Below are positions 1-8,800 of a stretch of DNA of 64,000 bases, one piece after another (position 1 is the stretch's first letter; each line of letters opens with the position of its first letter). Origin of the DNA: Candidatus Nomurabacteria bacterium (GTDB lineage Bacteria > Patescibacteriota > Minisyncoccia > Phycocordibacterales > UBA9973); contig JAHFNJ010000005.1 of NCBI GenBank assembly GCA_023267375.1, forward strand, positions 1,285-65,284, in the 5' to 3' direction. A program made the position numbers and the translations under genes. The notes beneath the pieces are model-generated. The model had not been told where the DNA came from, made no database searches, and saw only the letters and a program-made list of their open reading frames with translations.

Positions 1-158
1 TTGGTGCCAAGTATGAAGCAAAGACTGAGCTTTCAAGTAAGAATCTTGCGGTGGCACTTGAGCCGGTGATGTTGGTAATAGTCTGGCTCGGTGTTGTCAT
101 GGTTGCGCTTGCTGTTATTTTGCCTATCTATAGTTTGATTGGAGGTGTGAATAAATAA
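1..158 (+). CDS. pilC: Type IV pilus assembly / T2SS platform protein PilC/GspF family, 3' end (partial, start outside window)
   Basis: Frame 3 translates to ...LAVALEPVMLVIVWLGVVMVALAVILPIYSLIGGVNK*, matching the conserved C-terminus of GspF/PilC inner-membrane platform proteins (LEP...G...LPI..L). Stop TAA at 156-158. It sits directly upstream of the pilin genes. Confidence 0.55.
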   Translation, partial: GAKYEAKTELSSKNLAVALEPVMLVIVWLGVVMVALAVILPIYSLIGGVNK

Positions 159-206
159 GAAGCAAGAGTGCTATACAATAAGTAATGCATAGAGGATTAT
201 ATTTGA

Positions 207-2507
207 ATGCTTCATGTCAATCGTCAAATAATAAAAGTGTGCAAGCAGCGGCTTTTTTCGTACACGAAAAGTGTTCGCGGTTTTACGCTTATTGAAGTAG
301 TTTTGGTGATTGCTGTGATAGCCATCATTTCAGTTGTTAGTATCCCGCTTTCGCAATCTATCATCGAGCAGAATAATCTCAACTCAGCTCTTGATGTTAT
401 TCGTACTGATTTAGTGAGTGCACGATCGTTCGCTACTTCAGGAAAAAATAATACCTCTTGGGGTGTTCATATTGAGGCAAATAACGTTACGCTTTTTTCT
501 GGTTCTTCATATGGAGAGAATCCTGATTTTGATCAAACGGAGGCAATTCCTCGGTCTATTACGATAGAGGGGACACTACTTTCCGGTCGCACTATTGATA
601 TTGTGTTTTTGGAATGGTCCGGGCTCCCTGTATTGGAATCTACTTCTGGAACAATCACGCTTACTACAGCTAGTGGTAAACAAAAAACACTTACAATCAA
701 TTCGCAGGGAGTGGTTTATTTGTCTCAAAATGTCTCAATTGTGGAAGTGTCGTGTCATGCGGCGTATTCGGGTGATTGGTCAAGCGGTAGTGCCAACAAT
801 GGAAATGGTATTTGGCGCGGGTGTCATGGATCAGGGGGAACTCCAGCGCAAGACGAAAATATCACGATTGATGATGGAGTTGCAGTATCGATTGACACCG
901 CTCTTTCAAAAGATTTTGGTGATATTACAATTCTGGGAACACTCACTAACAATAGCGGGTCAGGATTGGTTGCACGTTCATTAACAACTCAAAGTAGTGG
1001 TTCGTATACATCATTCGGGACGACCGTAACGCTTGGCGGGAACACGGGGACGCTGGTGACTGTCGATGATGGAAGTTCGATTGATTCAAGTACTCATTTT
1101 ATTATTACGAGCGATGCTGATATTCAGGTATTTGGCGGAACCAATATTGATTCCTTTTTTTCTGGGTTCTCAGGGTCAATTACTTTTTCTCCAACACTTT
1201 CTACTGCGAGGCAGTATGTCTTGGCTGATGGAGGACATTCTATTAGTAATGCGTTTAATATTCTCTCAACTTCTCATAGCGGAGGAGTATTAACACTTAC
1301 CATTGCTGGTAGTAACACTATCGATTCTTTGCATCTCACAAACAGTGGCGACGATGCGGTGCTCCTTCTTAGTGGGGCCAATACTATCAATACAACTACG
1401 TTACTTAATTCATCAGAAAATAAACGATTATCTCTAGGGACATGGGGTGAACAAATCTTGAATGATATTTCTCTGACTGCTGGGGCGCAGGATAGCACTA
1501 TCTTTTTTTCACCGGAGAGTTCGAATACTTACGGTTCGTTTTCAGCTACGGGGAGTGTCTCGTTGAATGCGCAGGTATCTTTTTTACCGAGTGCTGGTCT
1601 TACTCAGACATTTTCCGGTTTGATAAACTTTGGTGAAAATACTAATTTTGTAATAATTGCACCATTAGTTGATTTTTCGAATATTCCGTCACTCTCTTTC
1701 TATAATTTTACTATCCAAAATAATGGCTTTCCTGTCACGGCGACATTTCCATATGCAGTTACTACTGTTATTGCCAACAATTTTATAGTGACTGGTACAG
1801 CTGAAAATAGTATTACGCTCATTTCAAGTGATGATATTACACCGACGCAATTTCAGATTGCTGGTGATGCAAGTAAATTTACTGTTACGTATGCCGACAT
1901 AAAAGATGCTGGTTGCGCAGAGATAACGGGAACGGGAATTGGGACTGACGGGTTTATTACAACAGATACCTCTGTTGATTCTGGTAATAATGGTACCTGC
2001 TGGTTTAACCATGGTATCGATCAGTCTCAGACAACACTCGATGGTAACAACATTTCAATTGGGAAGACGAGCGGCAATGGTATTCATCGAATTGCACAAT
2101 CATTTATTCCGTCAGTCGGCACCGTCTCTGGTTTTTCTCTTTCAAAGTTTACTGGGGATACAAATGAAGGAGTAATTAGTGGTGACGTTATCGTTTCAAT
2201 AGAAGCAGATGATGGATCTGGGCACCCCGACCATACTCCTATTGTTTCTTATACGATTGCAAATCAAGATTGGATTGGTTTGTCGGAAGGTCCATTCTCG
2301 TTTTCCTTCGATACACCAGGATCCCTTACTGTTGGTAATACATACTATTTAGTTGTTGAGGCAACAAGTGCGGATAACTCAAATTATGCAAACATTGACA
2401 TCAATATAAGCGATCTTTATGCAAATGGCAGCCTCTCAATATTTGATGATGCTGGTCTTGTGCAAAACTATTCAGGATACGATCTGTATTTTGCAGTTTC
2501 TTATTAA
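207..2507 (+). CDS. Prepilin-type N-terminal domain protein with large (~700 aa) C-terminal region; minor pilin / pilus-tip adhesin candidate
   Basis: 766-aa ORF. N-terminus has a class III signal peptide: ...RGFTLIEVVLVIAVIAIISVV (G|FTLIE with Glu at +5). It is Ser/Thr/Gly-rich. Its C-terminal ~145 aa are homologous to the C-terminus of the next ORF. It contains a Cys motif YADIKDAGC...DSGNNGTCW shared with the 1897-aa protein. Confidence 0.6.
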   Translation: MLHVNRQIIKVCKQRLFSYTKSVRGFTLIEVVLVIAVIAIISVVSIPLSQSIIEQNNLNSALDVIRTDLVSARSFATSGKNNTSWGVHIEANNVTLFSGSSYGENPDFDQTEAIPRSITIEGTLLSGRTIDIVFLEWSGLPVLESTSGTITLTTASGKQKTLTINSQGVVYLSQNVSIVEVSCHAAYSGDWSSGSANNGNGIWRGCHGSGGTPAQDENITIDDGVAVSIDTALSKDFGDITILGTLTNNSGSGLVARSLTTQSSGSYTSFGTTVTLGGNTGTLVTVDDGSSIDSSTHFIITSDADIQVFGGTNIDSFFSGFSGSITFSPTLSTARQYVLADGGHSISNAFNILSTSHSGGVLTLTIAGSNTIDSLHLTNSGDDAVLLLSGANTINTTTLLNSSENKRLSLGTWGEQILNDISLTAGAQDSTIFFSPESSNTYGSFSATGSVSLNAQVSFLPSAGLTQTFSGLINFGENTNFVIIAPLVDFSNIPSLSFYNFTIQNNGFPVTATFPYAVTTVIANNFIVTGTAENSITLISSDDITPTQFQIAGDASKFTVTYADIKDAGCAEITGTGIGTDGFITTDTSVDSGNNGTCWFNHGIDQSQTTLDGNNISIGKTSGNGIHRIAQSFIPSVGTVSGFSLSKFTGDTNEGVISGDVIVSIEADDGSGHPDHTPIVSYTIANQDWIGLSEGPFSFSFDTPGSLTVGNTYYLVVEATSADNSNYANIDINISDLYANGSLSIFDDAGLVQNYSGYDLYFAVSY

Positions 2508-2542
2508 CGGTAAGAAGTAAAAATTTTTTTTCTAATGGTACA

Positions 2543-3508
2543 ATGAAGTACGTGGTTAAACAGCCTTATCACAATACTGCCGGTTTTACGTTAATTGAGC
2601 TCATGCTTGCCGTGGCGCTTTTAGGACTCGTGGCACTCGGTATTTTTTCGGGCGTTTTGTTTGGACAACAAAGTATTACCAATGCTGGTACGCGCAACCG
2701 TACCACAGCTGTTGCGAATGCTACACTTGATATCGTACGCGGGTTGCGCAGTCAGATTTTTGACACCAATACCATACTTGCTGATGGGACGTATGGACTA
2801 GAGAGAAGCACCGGGCGGTGGTTGCTCGATGTGAGCAATTACGGCACAGGGGATACAAACGATTCGACGGGGCTCTATCGGGAGATTGCCATTGATCGAT
2901 CCACCAACCCAGATCAAGCAAAAATAAAAATAACAGTCTGGTCATCAGGAGACAGCAATAGTAGTACCACCCAACCACTCTCTGTTTCCACTATTGTTTC
3001 AAATTGGGAGTCCTTTGTTGATCAACAGCAAGTCTCGCAAGATTCAGCGCTCTCGTTTGGAGAAGGTACTACGACCGGTTTTACGTATGGCATTGTGCAA
3101 TCGTTTGTACCAACGGTGAGTTCTATTTCGGGTGTACGTTTGTACAAAAAAGCAGACACAGGATCTTTTACTGCTGGCGTTCAAGTTTCAATATATGCTG
3201 ATGCTGGTGGAGTCCCAGATATTGGTAGCCTTGTCACGCAGCAGAGTGGGACTTCGTTGGAACTTACTGATTGGTGGGCAAGTCTCGATGTCGGCGTTTT
3301 TTCTGTCGATTTACCTGATGCTGGTTTGACTCCTGGGAATACATACTGGATCGCTGTGGAACCGACTGCTGTTGATATTTCTGGGTCGACGCATCCAAAT
3401 CTTGGTGTCTATTCATCTGGTGGATACGGGGATGTTGAAACGTATAATGCCGATGATGGATGGAGTGTTCCAACAGGGGAGAGTTTTTATTTTGAAACAC
3501 TGTATTAA
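2543..3508 (+). CDS. Prepilin-type N-terminal domain protein (minor pilin candidate) with C-terminal domain shared with upstream ORF
   Basis: 321 aa. N-terminus is ...TAGFTLIELMLAVALLGLVALGIF (prepilin cleavage/methylation motif). C-terminal ~145 aa align with the C-terminus of ORF 207-2507 (QSFVPTV..G..L....TG...G..V.I.AD.GG.P....G.TY...VE.T). Confidence 0.6.
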   Translation: MKYVVKQPYHNTAGFTLIELMLAVALLGLVALGIFSGVLFGQQSITNAGTRNRTTAVANATLDIVRGLRSQIFDTNTILADGTYGLERSTGRWLLDVSNYGTGDTNDSTGLYREIAIDRSTNPDQAKIKITVWSSGDSNSSTTQPLSVSTIVSNWESFVDQQQVSQDSALSFGEGTTTGFTYGIVQSFVPTVSSISGVRLYKKADTGSFTAGVQVSIYADAGGVPDIGSLVTQQSGTSLELTDWWASLDVGVFSVDLPDAGLTPGNTYWIAVEPTAVDISGSTHPNLGVYSSGGYGDVETYNADDGWSVPTGESFYFETLY

Positions 3509-3513
3509 AATAT

Positions 3514-4815
3514 ATGGATACTCAAGCAAATAATAATAAAAAATATTATCGCAAGATTTTAAAGAAGAGAATGAAGCCTAGCGCTACAGGCTTTACGCTC
3601 ATGGAAATCATGCTCTATATTGCTGGTCTCTCACTTATTGTGCTCGCCATTTCCGCTTTGTATGTTATTACGCAAAAAACGAGAATTAAAACGGAGGCGA
3701 TTACCGCAGTAGAAGATCAAGGAGTCTTTATTTCTGATTTTATTACACACAAAATCCATGACGCTGTTAGTTTGACAACGCCAGCTACTATTGGGGCAAG
3801 CGCGTCCTCGCTCCAATTTGTGACATCTACTGGTACCAGTGCCACTATTGGTGTCGACACTGATAGTGGCATTCCGTATTTCCAAAATAGTACGACGTTT
3901 AATTTGTCGGATGATAGGGTAAAGCTTTCCCCTCGCATATATGCTATCAGCGAGAGTTTATCGTTGCTAGAGTACGATAATGGATGGAAAAATAAATTCT
4001 CCATCGATTGCTGTGGACTTGTGCATATAGCTTCTGATAAATATGGAAACTTATATATCTCAATAGGGGACGAAAACAAAGTATTTAAATATAATGGAAA
4101 AACTGTAAGTGCTCTTGGAGATGCTAGTGACGGGTTAAATTATCCCATAGGGATGGCTGTCGATTTTTTCGGGAATCTCTATGTTGCGAATCGTGATAGC
4201 AGTTCAATAGTAAAGTATGATGGTGCTTCTTGGAGTGAATTTGCAAATGCGGGAGATAATATAAGTGTGCCCACGGGTGTGGCTATTGATTCTCAAAATA
4301 ATATATATGTAGCAAATATCAATAGTTCTGATAATACAATTCTAAAATATGATGGTATCTCCTGGACTAGTATTGCTTCGGTTTCGGATTTTGGCACAAC
4401 CCCACTTGATATTGCTGTTGATTTATTGGATAACGTATATGTGAGTATTCCTGGAGCGGGGGCAATTATGAAATATGATGGACTTTCATGGGTTGCTATC
4501 GGTTCCCCTAGCGATGGTCTAACATCACCTAGTAGTATTTCTATAGATGCATTTAATAATGTATATGTAAATAATCAAGAAGGCTATGGTTCCATTTTAA
4601 AATACGATGGCTTATCATGGGCCACGATAATACCCGAAAGTAGTGATACCCCTCTATCTTATGGGATTGGTGCGGTTGGTCCCATAACATTTACTCGTGA
4701 TTCGGCAGATACTATCTCATATCGTTTTACGCTTAGTTCCAATACGACCAATACTGGCAATGAATATCAATATTCAAAAACATTTACCGGTACCGCATCA
4801 CTTCGGGTAAACTAA
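3514..4815 (+). CDS. Prepilin-type N-terminal domain fused to NHL-repeat beta-propeller
   Basis: 433 aa. N-terminus is ...TGFTLMEIMLYIAGLSLIVLAISALYV (pilin-like). C-terminal half has 5-6 NHL-type repeats (NLYVANRDSSSIVKYDG; NIYVANINSSDNTILKYDG; NVYVSIPGAGAIMKYDG; NVYVNNQEGYGSILKYDG). The 3' half is AT-rich. Confidence 0.6.
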   Translation: MDTQANNNKKYYRKILKKRMKPSATGFTLMEIMLYIAGLSLIVLAISALYVITQKTRIKTEAITAVEDQGVFISDFITHKIHDAVSLTTPATIGASASSLQFVTSTGTSATIGVDTDSGIPYFQNSTTFNLSDDRVKLSPRIYAISESLSLLEYDNGWKNKFSIDCCGLVHIASDKYGNLYISIGDENKVFKYNGKTVSALGDASDGLNYPIGMAVDFFGNLYVANRDSSSIVKYDGASWSEFANAGDNISVPTGVAIDSQNNIYVANINSSDNTILKYDGISWTSIASVSDFGTTPLDIAVDLLDNVYVSIPGAGAIMKYDGLSWVAIGSPSDGLTSPSSISIDAFNNVYVNNQEGYGSILKYDGLSWATIIPESSDTPLSYGIGAVGPITFTRDSADTISYRFTLSSNTTNTGNEYQYSKTFTGTASLRVN

Positions 4816-4838
4816 ACAATCGTTATGTTATATACTGT

Positions 4839-5801
4839 ATGTATCGAATGAACATTACTACGTCAAATACTACTGGTGGATATATTGCCCTTATGACGGT
4901 TATTATTGTGGCGACAGTTATTTCTGCTATCAGTGTGTCGATGCTTGCAAAGGGGACAAGTAGTTCCCAAGAAAGTTTGTCCGCATTACAGTCACAGCAA
5001 TCTCTTGCCTATGCAAGTGGGTGTATCGAAGCAGTACTCCTTGATTTAAAAACTGGCTCTACAACAGCCAACCAATATTTCCCTTCAGCAGATTTGTATC
5101 CGCTCACTGGAGTAGATATTAATGCTTTAGTAACACAACCTGTGTTACTTGAAAATCCAAATGGTGATGATTGCACCTATGCACTCGATTTAACAAATTT
5201 CTCTCAATTGAATACGCTGGCAACTGGTTCGATTACGGCGACAGGTTTTTCTGGTCCCGTCTCGAGTCAGATCGTCGCGACATTTTCAGGTAATCTCGAA
5301 AGTACTGAACCGATGATTATTAGTAACCTGTCCATCACTACATGGCATGAAAAGCCATATTTAAGTTTAAGTGTTTCCGATTCAAACGATGTTTTTGCTG
5401 TTTGGGAAGAAGACTCAGGAGATGTTCGTTGTGATGATTTGTCGACTGTCTGCGCAAAAACCTACACGATCGCAAACAATGGCGACAGTACGTTGACCTA
5501 TGATGTCACTGCGGATAAAAGCTGGGTCGTATTAGGTGGTGATCCATCGACGGGGACGTTGGGTGGTGGGCAGACTGCCACGATTCAAGTTTCTATTTCA
5601 ACCGATACATTACCTGATACACTGGCAACATCACCAACGTATCCAACGACGCCGATTGCAACTGCGACAATACAATTTGGTTTTGTGAGTTATCAAAATG
5701 GTGCCGGCGCAACAACACGCACGGTCAATTTTATGGTGCCTTCCGGGGTGACTGTCGGGAAGGCTGGTGCTACCATAGAAGGACTAGTTGCTATAAGATA
5801 A
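4839..5801 (+). CDS. PilX-like minor pilin / pilus assembly protein
   Basis: 320 aa. N-terminus is ...GGYIALMTVIIVATVISAISVSMLAKGTSSSQESLSALQSQQSLAYASGCIEAVL, which resembles the PilX N-terminal domain architecture (short leader, hydrophobic helix, then conserved A/E/G-rich segment). The rest is Thr/Ser-rich. Confidence 0.45.
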   Translation: MYRMNITTSNTTGGYIALMTVIIVATVISAISVSMLAKGTSSSQESLSALQSQQSLAYASGCIEAVLLDLKTGSTTANQYFPSADLYPLTGVDINALVTQPVLLENPNGDDCTYALDLTNFSQLNTLATGSITATGFSGPVSSQIVATFSGNLESTEPMIISNLSITTWHEKPYLSLSVSDSNDVFAVWEEDSGDVRCDDLSTVCAKTYTIANNGDSTLTYDVTADKSWVVLGGDPSTGTLGGGQTATIQVSISTDTLPDTLATSPTYPTTPIATATIQFGFVSYQNGAGATTRTVNFMVPSGVTVGKAGATIEGLVAIR

Positions 5802-5804
5802 AAC

Positions 5805-8800
5805 ATGGCTGAAACATATACAATTAGAAATGGTGCGCTCAAGAAAGTGTTTTCTTTTTTTTCAAAGCGCAGCAAACTCTTTTTTACCATAGGGGTTTGT
5901 ATGTTTCTTTTTCTCGCCTCACCACACTCGGCATTTGCGGTGAATACTTGTGTTTCAAATGCAAGTGGTAACTGGAATACTGCAGCGACGTGGACTTCTT
6001 GTAGTAGCACTGTGCCACAAACAGGGGATTCAGTAAGAATTAGTAGCGGTCATTCAGTGGTAATGGATGTCGATACACCAGTACTTGGAAATGTGACAGT
6101 AAGAGGAACACTCAATACGTCAGATGGTGTAACGAGTCATACTCTCTCAGCTTCTCAGCTTTTTGTTGGAGAAAGTCTCGGAGGATATAACGGTACCTTT
6201 ATTGCTAACTCTTCTACTATCAATCTTTCAGGGACATCTGCTGTGTTGAGTATTCAAACAACTAGTAGTATTTTTACCTATGGCACTTCTACTGTAAATT
6301 TCACTGGTAACAGTGTTTCAGGTATGATTAATTTAGCATCTTCAGGTTCAGTTACCTTGTATAATGTAAACTCATCAGGAACCGGCACAAAGACAATAAG
6401 CTTAGCGAACGCTACCATCACAATTGCTAATGTCTTTACTATTTCTGCAGGCACTGTTGCGTTTTCAACAGCTGTGACCTCTGCGAACCTCATACTTTCA
6501 GGCACTACGGGTACACCACTTAATCTTACTGGTGGAAGTTTTACGGCCACAGGGAACAACACTACCGTTACGTATTCTGGAAATAATGCCGCGGGTAATA
6601 CCACTGTTGCCGCAGCTACATATGGCTCTTTGACTTTAAATAACAGCAGTGAGAGGTATCAACTTGGCGGAGATATTACTGTGGGTGGTACAACTATTAT
6701 ATCGGCCAGCACCGAGTTTACTTCGAGTGATGGGACAGATCATAACTTAACCACTGGCGGTCTTGTTATTTCCTCAAATGCGCTCTTCCTCATGAATAGT
6801 TCGACTATTACTATTACAGGTAATGCAAATACTGTTGCTAGTCAATTTACAAATTCTTCCAGTCGCCAAGACGCGATTGCTGCCGGAACCTCTACTATTA
6901 AGTTTACTGATACAAGTGTCTATTCTAAAACAATGAGCTCTGCTACTGCCACCTTTTATAATCTTTGGATAACTGGAACTGGAACTGGAACATATACTAT
7001 TACTGGGAGTGGTAGTAGCTCTTTTACTTTTAACGACATAAAAGATGATAATACTTCTGCGCATACGGTTAGTTTAAATTCAACCATATATGTAAACACC
7101 TTTAATGTTTCTGGGGCGGATAGTTCGCATAAAATTTCACTTACAAAGGCTGGTGGGGCAGGTGTTCTACATAAGACGAGTGGGTATGTAAGTATTGACT
7201 ATGTGAATATCGCGAACCTTACAGCTCAAGGTGGTGCTGCGTTTTATGCTGGTTCACACAGTACTGATAACGGAGGTAATTCTGGATGGATTTTTGGAGA
7301 TCCTTCATGCACAGCAACAACAAGCGGTGATTGGAATACGGGAGGGAATTGGACTGGTTGCTCGGGCGGTGGCGGTATTCCAGGAACATCAGATAACGTG
7401 ATAGTTCCTTCTGGAATAAATCTCACACTGAGCACGAACACAGCTACACTTGGAAATGTAAACGTGGCTGGCTCGATTGACACAACTGGCTCAAACTACG
7501 CAATCAATGCAGCGGGGCTTGTTATAAGTTCAACAGGTACAGTTATTGCAAATGGTTCAACTATTACACTCTCAGGTACGGGGGCGGCATTTTCTCTTTA
7601 TGGGGGGATATTTAGTGCCGGAACTTCAACAATTAATTACACAAACAGTTCAAGTGCTGCTAAAGCATTTACGGGTGGCAACGGAACATTTAATAATGTT
7701 ACTTTTACTACCGGTAGTACAGGAACATATACTATTACGGGTAACAATACATTCAACATTTTCTGGATTACTGGAACAGGGACAGGAACGTTTACATTTT
7801 CTAGTTCTTCCAATACTTTTACTGAACTAAAAGATGATAATACTTCTGCTCATTCCATCTTTGGAAATTCTTCTACGCAAACAGTGACAACTTTTTCTGT
7901 ATCGGGTGCCGATAGTTCGCATAAAATAAACTTTGGTTTAAACGTTTCAAAATCAAGTGGGGTTGTTGTTGCAAATTACCTGACTCTTACTGGTAGTGTT
8001 GCGAGCGGTGGGGCCTCGTGGTATGCCGTAAACAGTAATAATGGGGGCGGTGGAACATCAGGTTGGGTTTTTATTAGTGGTTGTGTAGCGATAACAACAG
8101 GAAATTGGAATACGGGAAGTAATTGGAGTGGTTGTACTGGTGGAGGAGGGGTTCCGGCGGCTGCGGACACTGTCACCATTGTATCTGGTGTAACAACTAC
8201 ACTTGATGTAGCGACTCCTGTTGTCACTGGCCTCACTGTTTCTGGCACGCTTGATACTAGTGTCACAAATTATGCACTCAATACAACGACACTCACCATT
8301 AGTTCCGGGGGAACGCTTACTGCTAATGGTTCAACCATTACACTTTCTGGAACTTCTGGAACGCTGTTTACAAACTCAGGTACTTTTACTGCAGGTACTT
8401 CGACGGTCGATTTCTCTGGAGCGAGTTCCGTAACTCTTAATTCTGGATCAATTACATTTTATAACCTCACTGTTTCTGGTGGCACTGTTGCAACAGTCAA
8501 AACACTCGGCGCCGCCACTACGCTTGCCTCTGGTGGTACGCTGACTGTTTCTGCGGGGACATTTGATCCAAGTACGTATCTTGTTACTGGTAATGGTTCA
8601 AACACTCTGGTTGTGGCTGGTGGAGCGGTTGCTCGAGTGAAAGCATCTACGTTTACAGGGAATTATTCATCGGGTTTCAGTAGCACTTCGTTTGCCGCCA
8701 ATTCCACTATTGATTACACCTTAAACGGTACGCAGACAGTTGATAGCACTATAAGTTATGTTAATTTGACGGTTTCAACGGGAGGAACAAAATCGTTGAA

